Assembly: GCA_040954595.2 (NCBI GenBank)
Contig: CM082578.2
Coordinates: 17,367,912-17,431,911, forward strand
DNA length: 64,000 bases
Direction of reading: 5' to 3'
Origin: Balanoglossus misakiensis
Taxonomy: Eukaryota > Animalia > Hemichordata
In this document: piece after piece, positions 24,081 through 34,394 of the stretch
Numbering within the stretch: position 1 is the first letter of the stretch
Layout of the letters: each line of letters starts with the position of its first letter
The notes under the pieces: model-generated
The model's database searches: none
Seen by the model: the letters and a program-made list of their open reading frames with translations, nothing else
What the model was told of the DNA's origin: nothing
Translations under genes and position numbers: made by a program

Positions 24081-26436
24081 AAATCATCCAGAAATGTCAA
24101 TTTTTCGACTTCGCGAAATTTCAAAATTTGGTGGTTTTTCGACAAAAACCATGGGTTATAGCTCATGAAAATCATCCAGAAATGTCAATTTTTCGACTTC
24201 GCGAAATTTCAAAATTTGGTGGTTTTTCGACAAAAACCATGGGTTATAGCTCATGAAAATCATCCAGAAATGTCAATTTTTCGACTTCGCGAAATTTCAA
24301 AATTTGGTGGTTTTTCGACAAAAACCATGGGTTATAGCTCATGAAAATCATCCAGAAATGTCAATTTTTCGACTTCGCGAAATTTCAAAATTTGGTGGTT
24401 TTTCGACAAAAACCATGGGTTATAGCTCATGAAAATCATCCAGAAATGTCAATTTTTCGACTTCGCGAAATTTCAAAATTTGGTGGTTTTTCGACAAAAA
24501 CCATGGGTTATAGCTCATGAAAATCATCCAGAAATGTCAATTTTTCGACTTCGCGAAATTTCAAAATTTGGTGGTTTTTCGACAAAAACCATGGGTTAAA
24601 GCTCATGAAAATCATCCAGAAATGTCAATTTTTCGACTTCGCGAAATTTCAAAATTTGGTGGTTTTTCGACAAAAACCATGGGTTATAGCTCATGAAAAT
24701 CATCCAGAAATGTCAATTTTTCGACTTCGCGAAATTTCAAAATTTGGTGGTTTTTCGACAAAAACCATGGGTTATAGCTCATGAAAATCATCCAGAAATG
24801 TCAATTTTTCGACTTCGCGAAATTTCAAAATTTGGTGGTTTTTCGACAAAAACCATGGGTTATAGCTCATGAAAATCATCCAGAAATGTCATTTTTTCGA
24901 CTTCGCGAAATTTCAAAATTTGGTGGTTTTTCGACAAAAACCATGGGTTATAGCTCATGAAAATCATCCAGAAATGTCAATTTTTCGACTTCGCGAAATT
25001 TCAAAATTTGGTGGTTTTTCGACAAAAACCCTGGGTTATAGCTCATGAAAATCATCCTGAAATGTCAATTTTTCGACTTCGCGAAATTTCAAAATTTGGT
25101 GGTTTTTCGACAAAAACCATGGGTTATAGCTCATGAAAATCGTCAGGAAATGACAATTTTTCGACTTCGCGAAATTTCAAAATTTGGTGGTTTTTCGACA
25201 AAAACCATGGGTTATAGCTCATGAAAATCATCCAGAAATGTCAATTTTTCGACTTCGCGAAATTTCAAAATTTGGTGGTTTTTCGACAAAAACCATGGGT
25301 TATAGCTCATGAAAATCATCCAGAAATGTCAATTTTTCGACTTCGCGAAATTTCAAAATTTGGTGGTTTTTCGACAAAAACCATGGGTTATAGCTCATGA
25401 AAATCATCCAGAAATGTCAATTTTTCGACTTCGCGAAATTTCAAAATTTGGTGGTTTTTCGACAAAAACCATGGGTTATAGCTCATGAAAATCATCCAGA
25501 AATGTCAATTTTTCGACTTCGCGAAATTTCAAAATTTGGTGGTTTTTCGACAAAAACCATGGGTTATAGCTCATGAAAATCATCCAGAAATGACAATTTT
25601 TCGACTTCGCGAAATTTCAAAATTTGGTGGTTTTTCGACAAAATCCATGGGTTATAGCTCATGAAAATCATCCAGAAATGTCAATTTTTCGACTTCGCGA
25701 AATTTCAAAATTTGGTGGTTTTTCGACAAAATCCATGGGTTATAGCTCATGAAAATCATCCAGAAATGTCAATTTTTCGACATCGCGAAATTTCAAAATT
25801 TGGTGGTTTTTCCACAAAAACCATGGGTTATAGCTCATGAAAATCATCCAGAAATGTCAATTTTTCGACTTCGCGAAATTTCAAAATTTGGTGGTTTTTC
25901 GACAAAAACCATGGGTTATAGCTCATGAAAATCATCCAGAAATGTCAATTTTTCGACTTCGCGAAATTTCAAAATTTGGTGGTTTTTCGACAAAAACCAT
26001 GGGTTATAGCTCATGAAAATCATCCAGAAATGTCAATTTTTCGACTTCGCGAAATTTCAAAATTTGGTGGTTTTTCGATAAAAACCATGGGTTATAGCTC
26101 ATGAAAATCATCCAGAAATGTCAATTTTTCGACATCGCGAAATTTCAAAATTTGGTGGTTTTTCGACAAAAACCATGGGTTATAGCTCATGAAAATCATC
26201 CAGAAATGTCAATTTTTCGACATCGCGAAATTTCAAAATTTGGTGGTTTTACGACAAAAACCATGGGTTATAGCTCATGAAAATCATCCAGAAATGTCAA
26301 TTTTTCGACTTGGCGAAATTTCAAAATTTGGTGGTTTTTCGACAAAAACCATGGGTTATAGCTCATGAAAATCATCCAGAAATGTCAATTTTTCGACTTC
26401 GCGAAATTTCAAAATTTGGTGGTTTTTCGACAAAAA
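24081..26436 (+). repeat. Satellite array, subfamily A (88-bp monomer), forward orientation, ~27 copies
   Basis: Same consensus as 1-5446 but on the plus strand. The B-to-A switch occurs within a monomer at ...GCTCAGGAAAATC|ATCCAGAAATG (~24085). Confidence 0.98.
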
Positions 26437-26990
26437 TCATGGGTTATAGCTCATGAAAATCGTCAGGAAATGACAATTTTTCGACTTTGCGAAATTTCAA
26501 AATTTGGTCGATTTTTGAAAAAATCATGGGTTATAGCTCATGAAAATCGTCAGGAAATGACAATTTTTCGACTTTGCGAAATTTCAAAATTTGGTCGATT
26601 TTTGAAAAAATCATGGGTTATAGCTCATGAAAATCGTCAGGAAATGACAATTTTTCGACTTCGCGAAATTTCAAAATTTGGTCGATTTTTGAAAAAATCA
26701 TGGGTTATAGCTCATGAAAATCGTCAGGAAATGACAATTTTTCGACTTTGCGAAATTTCAAAATTTGGTCGATTTTTGAAAAAATCATGGGTTATAGCTC
26801 ATGAAAATCGTCAGGAAATGACAATTTTTCGACTTCGCGAAATTTCAAAATTTGGTCGATTTTTGAAAAAATCATGGGTTATAGCTCATGAAAATCGTCA
26901 GGAAATGACAATTTTTCGACTTTGCGAAATTTCAAAATTTGGTCGATTTTTGAAAAAATCATGGGTTATAGCTCATGAAAATCATCAGAA
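26437..26990 (+). repeat. Satellite array, subfamily C (87-bp monomer), ~6 copies
   Basis: TCATGGGTTATAGCTCATGAAAATCGTCAGGAAATGACAATTTTTCGACTT(T/C)GCGAAATTTCAAAATTTGGTCGATTTTTGAAAAAA repeated; mosaic of A-like and B-like positions. Confidence 0.95.
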
Positions 26991-27140
26991 AATGACAATT
27001 TTTCGACTTTGTGAAAATTGGTGTCTTTGTCACTTTGGAACATTTTTCATGGGTTTTAGGCTCATGAAAACCCTGAAAAATGAAAAATTCTTGACTTTGC
27101 GATTTTCGGTGTCTTTGTCACTTTTGGAACATTTTTTCTT
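26991..27140 (+). repeat. Two highly diverged terminal satellite monomers (subfamily D) at the array edge
   Basis: GTGTCTTTGTCACTT(T)TGGAACATTTTT occurs at ~27021 and ~27109 (88 bp apart), with TCATGGGTTTTAGGCTCATGAAAA between them matching the conserved monomer head. Confidence 0.85.
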
Positions 27141-27813
27141 CCAACCAACTCAATAAAATCCAACAATGAGTTTATTAAAACTAAGCACACCATCATTTAT
27201 TCACAAAATAAAAAAATGAATTGACAAGCCGTAACAAAGATATTTTGTTAGTGAATATATATACATATTAGATTTTTGGGTGTGAACCACAATAGCTACA
27301 ATGTCAAAATAAATTCTGAAAGGTTCAAAAATATAAGATTCTCACTATTTAATCATATGGCAGTGTTATTGTTGATCCTCAAGTCTAAATTATAAATGTA
27401 CAAATTCTGCTATGAAGGATAGACACTGCAATTTAAGCAGATCAGATCAGGTTATTCAATTGTAGATTTGGTGTTTCATGAAAAAAGTTCTGGTGACACT
27501 GTGCTCCCAGTTTGCATTCTGTCAGTACTCTGTTTATAAAAAAAAAACGATTTTGACTAAAAATGACAAAAACATTGACAGGTAGATAGATGGCAAACAT
27601 AATGCTTCCCGATAAGCTTCTTGTTCACGTACAGATATTACACTTATTCACAGAAGATTTGAAAATTTGAAAGCAATAACCTCTTGTCTCAGTGTTCCAA
27701 TCTACAAATAATTTGCTTCTGATAAATAAGATAATTTACAAAGTGCATTAAATGCAAGCAAAAGTGTGGATCTTTCAAAATGTGAGAATTTTGCCATCTC
27801 TTCTTTGAAATCA

Positions 27814-30800
27814 TCATTTGTCGTCTGCATGGCTACTTGTGGCTGCAATGGAGGTCTCCAGAATATTGATACAGTTTTTCAACCCTTCCATTCCCTCAGT
27901 GCAGGCTGTCACTGAAAAATCAAGATAAAAAAATCCAAATCATTCCTTTGAACACTCCCCACACACAAAAACTTTCCTTGCCAAACCCTTCAAAAATAAA
28001 TATCACTTTTCTCTGCATGTTGATAACTTTTCTCACCCAAGTTCACCGAGGTTGACCTGTTCGGTCCACTCTTCTCAAGGGCGGCTTCTCCTCTGTGGCT
28101 GATATTGAGGAAAGAGGTCTTCACTGAAGTAAAACTTTGCAATATCTGGAAAGATGTTTGGATTAGAAATAGTCATTACTGACATTCATTAATCAAATAT
28201 AGTGTCTTCAATAGAACGCCTAACCACAGGAACCTAAACTATAAAGTATAACATATTTCGCAAACTGGGAGTGTTATAAAAATCATCACAAACATGAAAC
28301 TCAAACGCAGTTAAGGATTAAACCTCTGAAAGAAACAAAGACATATGGAAGCCGCCAACTTACATCTGTGAATTTCTGAAGCAGCGTGTAGACTGTCTTG
28401 AAGGCGGCACCAATGTCTGTCAACGTAGGGGGCGCCCTGTTACACCACTGTCTGATTTCATTCTCAAAGGTGAACGTGAAGCTGGTCACCAGTTGTGCTA
28501 ACTCCGACAACACTAATTGCATCGTCTTGCTCACTTTCTCAGACCACTGTTCTTCATATTCTTGGTACGCATACTGGTGGCGAATATACATGTCAACAAG
28601 GCTATTATTAAATTCAATGCGATGTATGATGACATTAGGTTGGTGGAACAACTAACAAATATAAAAATAATTCCTATTACTAGTACAAAGAGACCAAAAT
28701 TATCAACACTCACATTGTGTTTGAGTTCCTCAAGATGCGTCGTTGATTTGATCAGCTGTTTTGTGACCTCACCCAGAACTTGTAACAGGTTCTGATAATC
28801 TGGTGGCGAATACCTGGTAAAGACAAGAAATTGAAAATTGGTATAAAAATACACAGCATTTGTATTTTATCATTTTGTTCTGAAATCTATTCACAACCCC
28901 CACTATCATTATAAAGATAACTACATGTACAAGGTAATCCCCTTTATGGTGGCATAATTAAGTCTGTGTAATGTTTGACTATTAATTTCAGAAATTATCA
29001 AAAGAGTTTCAAACGACCACTTAAACTGTATGTCAACAACAATCAGCCTTACAATTGAAGGCCCATAATTGGCCCCAACTCACCCTTCCTCATTGGAGAT
29101 ACCTTGTTCCTTCAGGGACTTCTGCATCTGTTTCATCAGATCCGGAGGAAGGAGTGAGAGTTCACTGGAGAACAGAGCATTCACATCCTGTTCTCTGGCT
29201 ATGCAGTCAATCAGCTGATAGTCATGCTCTGCCTGCTCACGTAGACTGAGTGACTCGCTGAGAGTGAACAGAAACAGAAATACTTGTCAAGACTGACACA
29301 TGGCAAAAAAGACAGAGAGCAGCTTTTTTCAACACAACATTATCCCAGTACACATCAAGGACTATCCACAGCTACCAAGACTTACTCTATGAGACCAGGG
29401 CTGCTCATTGCTCGCTTAGCAGGGTCTTCAGATGCATCAACAATACACACCATATCTAAGAGTTGATCCATGTATGCTATTTGTTTGGCCTTGGTGGCTG
29501 ATCCCTAGAAAGAGACAGATCAAGAATTATACATTAGTGAAGTGAGCTCTTACATGTACATCACTGACTGCAATTTAAGTGATGCCTCATTAGATGCTGT
29601 CAGAAGTGTACCACTGCCAGTTTTAGTTGTGGATTAATTCTTAAAGTTGAGGAAAGGAATTTACCCTGACTAAATCTACATCATCCGGTCCACAGAGTCC
29701 AAGTACTGAGGAAATGTACAACAGTCCTGTGAACAAAAAACAAAAGCAAATGGTAAGTACATTTACATATGTATGTATGTATGTGTCTCAAAAGTATTCG
29801 AGTGAACCAAGCTTGCTTTCACAGCCTACAATAGACTGCTATATGCCAGCAGTCTCTTGTAATGAATTGTGTACAATATTGCACTATACGGTCCACATAT
29901 TGGAATATACAATCTTGGACAAGAAATGAACAAGTGATATATTCTTACTCTGTAATCGCGAGTCCATCTTTGTGTCAGTAGGTATGTACTGCGCATCTAA
30001 CAAATCTGCTAACTTTGTATCAAACCTGGAACATGGTTAATTGAGCAGTTAAATAGGTGTTGACATAGTACATACATAAATTGTAAAAATGGTGAAAATA
30101 TAAATATAATCAATTTTGGTAACAATTTCGACTGTTGTCGAATCCAGACATCCGAGGACAGAATATTGAAACTCAACACACCTGCTGAATAACCACTGTA
30201 GTAACCTTATTCTTGGCTCTCCCGGCGTGAAGATCAGCTGTACAATCCATGATTCATCAACATCTTCCGTGAGTGGACATTCCAGTGTCTGAAAATGTGA
30301 TAAAAGTGAATGAACTCACATTCATGTATTTGATGAACTACTGAGAACTAATTGACTCAAAGGTGCACAATGACTTAAGCTAATACTAGATCCAGTGAAT
30401 ACCCTTTTTGCACGTCCATGCTCACAAGTTACATGTTCCCTCAGCTGGCTACAATGATTGTAGCGGGTGCTGCTCGGTTGATGATGTTGTCCGCAGCATC
30501 ATCAACCGAGCAGCACCGTCCCCGCTACAATGAAGCTGCACCGTACACATACATGTTCCCACATGTTTTATTTACTTGAAAGTTGAAAGACAAATGCACA
30601 GGAAATATTCCATACGTGGACAACTTGAAATACACTAAAATAACATTATTTTTCTGTACAAAATCAACGGACAACTTATCGCGATGACTTTGGGCATCAA
30701 GCCGACAGCGTTCTTATCTGACCGAACTTGACAAGTTGACTGAGCAGTGAGCTGACACTTAGTCAGTACGCAGTGTAAGAACGGTATTTATCAAAGTTTT

Positions 30801-30949
30801 ACTAAGAACTTTGAGTGTCAGTATCGTTAAGACGAAACATGTAGATATGGTTAAAACCACAATCATTCTGAAATCCATCCTACCTGCAAACGATCTTTGA
30901 AAGACCGGGAAATCTGATTGAACTTCTCATTTCTTGAATTCGCCGCCAT
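27814..30949 (-). CDS. HAUS7: HAUS augmin-like complex subunit 7-like, 10 coding exons, 373 aa
   Basis: GT-AG exons joined in frame (minus strand): 30949-30884, 30288-30182, 30025-29949, 29726-29665, 29504-29386, 29257-29084, 28813-28714, 28573-28364, 28145-28037, 27911-27814 (1122 nt). Protein MAANSRNEKFNQISRSFKDRLQTLECPLTEDVDESWIVQLIFTPGEPRIRLLQWLFSRFD...LGLCGPDDVDLVRGSATKAKQIAYMDQLLD... resembles the HAUS7 N-terminus as I recall it (LxCP, RLxxLxW, LCxPDD, QxxxMDQLLD), and the length is similar. Confidence 0.82.
30430..30560. mobile_element. Small foldback/hairpin insertion flanked by 11-bp direct repeats in HAUS7 intron 1
   Basis: Near-perfect inverted repeat 30457-30531 with loop TCCG; TACATGTTCCC at 30430-30440 and 30550-30560. 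Confidence 0.55.
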
Positions 30950-31030
30950 GTTTACAACTTACAGCGCCCTCTATGGGGGTCAACAGTGTGGGTCATTGGG
31001 GTCACGTTGGGGTCACTCTGCAAAGTTAAA
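30950..31030. promoter_or_regulatory. Compact bidirectional promoter HAUS7/NDUFA12 with CTCF-like motif and four GGGTCA half-sites
   Basis: Divergent ATGs at 30949(-) and 31031(+). CAGCGCCCTCTATGGG at 30962-30977 (reverse CCCATAGAGGGCGCTG, CTCF-like). GGGTCA at 30977, 30990, 30999, 31010. YY1-like CAAAATGGCGG at 31218-31228. Confidence 0.75.
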
Positions 31031-32108
31031 ATGTTGCTGACGGTGTTACGCCAATTTGGCAAGGCCTGGAACGTTATTAAGTTTAATGGGGGCATAACTG
31101 GCTCCTGTTGGAGAATATTAAGGTAGGGACTATTTGCAATGCTGACATTAACACCAATATAGACGAAAAAACGTCGAATGTTTGCTTTATTTACGTCAAT
31201 CTTGTCCCGTCCTGGTTCAAAATGGCGGACACACGTACAATCAATTTCATAGCTGTATTCATGGCAACCTTGAGTTTTATGATAGTTTATGTTGTATGTA
31301 ATATTGCAGGGGTCAAGATCTTCGCATTGGTACAATGGTAGGCATTGACAAATACGGCAATAAATACTATGAAAATAATGATTACTTTCTTGGTAAGTAT
31401 AAACAATACCACTGTCCAAAATGTTATATATCTCAGTGAATTCTTGAGCCTATGAAGAATGTGATATGCAGTTGAAACAGAGTTATAACACTTTGTATTA
31501 ACATTATGGTAGTAGCATAAGAACGAGATTAGTTTACCTTGTTTACTTACTGGCACATTTATCTGATCACAGCTAGAAATCGATGGGTTGTGTACAGCGA
31601 CACAAGATACTGGGATTTTGATGGCAGTCAAGTACCACCAGAATGGTAGGTATTGTTAGTAACACATGAAAGATTTCACTTCATGATTTTCAGTCTTTCA
31701 GTTGTACCTGCAATAATGTCATCAGCTCATAAGACTAATTTATTGTAACTTGTCAGTTCAGCATCAATAAAAAAGAAATTATGAAAAGCCAAGCTCTGGC
31801 GGACTTTAGGTAACAAAACCTGGAAAATATCAGCATTGGATACACATCGTGCTTCAATTCAATTTACCTGCACAGACTTCTGGAGTACACAGCATCCTTT
31901 TGATTGCCTACTACTGTTTTTTCTCCACAGGCATAGGTGGCTTCACCAGATGACAGATGATACACCCCTTGAGGTGCCACCAGAACAGCGCCGCTTCATC
32001 TGGCCTCACCACAAGGAAAATCTCTCCGGCACCAGAGGAAAATATGTACCATACAGCACTGTCAAACCCAAGATAGAATCTTGGCAACCCCCTCAGCCCA
32101 GTAAATGA
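31031..32108 (+). CDS. NDUFA12: NADH dehydrogenase [ubiquinone] 1 alpha subcomplex subunit 12, 4 exons, 141 aa
   Basis: Exons 31031-31122, 31310-31392, 31573-31645, 31931-32108 join in frame (426 nt). Hallmark motifs IGTMVGIDKYGNKYYEN, RNRWVVY, DGSQVPPEWHRWLH, ENLSGT..YVPYST.KPKIESW. AATAAA at 32334-32339. Confidence 0.96.
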
Positions 32109-34394
32109 GTGTGTTGTAATGATGTCTCCCAGCTTTGTGTAATTATTGGAGTGTTCCATTGGTGTACATAGTAGACTTTGCCACGCTATTAGATAGAGTA
32201 TCAGCAACTTTCAGTGCATCCTGATTTCTAACATAACAAGTGATTTTTATCTCATGGTAACATGGAAAGAGAAATGCAAAGTTTGCAGTTTGTGATTCCA
32301 TGCCTTGGCATTTTGTGATGTTCTTGTTTCCAAAATAAATCAATAGTTAAAAAAAATTGCCTGAGTGTGTCTTGCATACTTCCCTCATATCTTTGATTGT
32401 AAATACAGTATACTGTACCCCATATTCTCACTCTAATAGAAAGCGACTCTATGGTAAGTGTACAATATACAAATATCTCAACTTCAAATGGTGTGAAGAA
32501 GAAAATTTATTTTAATATATTCACAGCGTGATGACTGGATGCATTACATACATCACTTTTAGTCACTCACAGAAATGACCACAGTATAACACCAATCTAC
32601 AAAACGGCTCCAACCTATCCTCTACAAATACATCTACACATTTATAGACCACAGAACAATTAGAAGACACACAGAAAGTGTGTCCAAATAGCGTTGTTAC
32701 AAAAAAATTGTAAATCTGTCGTAGAGGTCTGTGCTGGAACAGCATAGATACCTTTTTGATATACTGTGCGTCAATTTTAGCATGAGTCAAAAAAATGCGG
32801 TGGACATGCCCCAAATGTTCCCTGGGTGGTTTAAACTTTGGTTTCAGTGCAGGTTTAGATGGATTTGGTTTTCACAGAGCGTGGAACATTCTCAGAGCAT
32901 TTTTGGCATTTTCAGGTAAGTTTTTTTTTTCAGCCTTAAACACGGAAGACTTCAGTTTGCATGTAATTCAACATCTGATTGCCAACAGTGGTATCACATG
33001 CACAATCTGAATGGACCCTATATTTCTGGAAATTACATATGCTTTATAGCAGTGCTGTGAAATCTGATGTCTACTGCTGTCTTAGCTGTTGCAAGGAACA
33101 TGTGTTCCTGTACAAATGAAAACAGGTCAAATTTGTGCACAGAACTATTTCCCCCTAAGTTCAACCAATAAGCCAATTACCATTACTTTTCTGTATTTTT
33201 TTGCTTTCTTTTCTACAAAAGCAAGTACAAAACCAAAATGCAAAGCTCGCTGTACATAAACTCTAACCAAAGACGAACACGCCAATAAGCTCAAAGCATT
33301 AGTCTGAACAATAAATATAAAAAAGTTAGAATGGAAAAAAAGAAGAAATTGCACTAGCTAATGAAAGAATGATAACAATAACCTTGAAATCATAATTTCT
33401 GCATCAAACCCCAATGTAGAAAATATACACTTCACTAAGTTTGGATAATATCTACATTCAATACATTTTGTTTTCACAGCTTGAATAATGCTATACATGC
33501 AGGCTGGAAATAAACTGAAACAACCACTTAGGTACACCGTTTTATGAACAGTGGTGGCAAAGACTTCAAATGCGTCAACTGAACATTCCAGCCACCCTTT
33601 GTCATGACAAGATTTCTATTTGTCTTTATACACAAAGGATTCAGACTAAAAAAATCAGTAAAATACAGACTCTCCATTTCATTCAAAAAATTAGTGACTA
33701 CAAGGTTTTAACATCCCCCTCACAGAAGGGAACAAAAACTTCAAAGTTAGTTATAATCATGTGAAGATATACCACTGAAATAGAGAGAGGCTTAGACAAT
33801 ACTGTTAATTCTCATGTGACCTTTTATTTACACTGCAATACACTATCAACTTTATTCCCTGTCTATCTACATTGCATTGAACGAAATCCCACCAGAATGA
33901 AAAGTTCAGCTCCTTTCCTTTGCACGAGGCATGGTTAATTAATGAAAAAAAAAAACTTGAAAAAAAATAAATCTTTTATCAAAGAGTGTATTGAATACAT
34001 ATATTTATAACATCTATAGCAGAAACCACAGTCTGCACTAAATCAGCCTCCATCAATAACCCTACCCCATAAATAGCGTATGGCTCCAAAAGTTTTTTTG
34101 TAAACTGCATGGTCAAGTTATTAAATGTTGTTAAAATACAAGTTTTCATGTTAAAGGTGTTGATCCATTTTATAAATCTTAGTTTAAGACTAGATATCCA
34201 GGAATTAATTTTCTGCATATAATAACTGTTTTTCTACATGAATAATAACCCATAACAAAACGTTCTGTGCAAAATGAAGTCGGATGTACCATAAAACTTG
34301 GAAGGCATACATATCCCTGGGCATTACATGTACATCAAAGCTTGATGCCAGCTCCACATGACACCGACAAGACTTTTTTAGCTCTGTACTTCCA

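Noticed and set aside
24135-24156. CENP-B box-like TTCG...GGG in subfamily A
   Set aside because: TTCG and the central A fit, but the required CGGG is absent at the correct spacing.
5483-24161. Very long ORFs (up to 2367 aa) of 29-aa repeats (KKPWVIAQENREK... / MGYSSGKSRK...)
   Set aside because: 87 is divisible by 3 and two frames happen to lack stops. The ORFs swap frames at homopolymer indels, subfamily A (88 bp) breaks the frame, and there is no promoter, splice or domain evidence.
1-27140. CRISPR-like array of palindromic repeats
   Set aside because: Monomers are contiguous with no unique spacers, there are no cas genes, and the context is eukaryotic with introns.
28574-28812. 13-bp repeat TATTCGCCACCAG at the start of HAUS7 exon 7 and at the following acceptor
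   Set aside because: A single short match with no wider duplication; probably chance.
27814-30949. Functional link between a spindle (augmin) gene and the adjacent putative centromeric satellite
   Set aside because: Only adjacency supports it; no mechanism is visible in the sequence.
31108-31341. Alternative NDUFA12 start at AAAATGGCGGAC (31222) giving a hydrophobic peptide
   Set aside because: It is out of frame with the conserved exon 2 and stops at 31341. The upstream exon at 31031 gives the expected N-terminus, so the motif is more likely a YY1 site.
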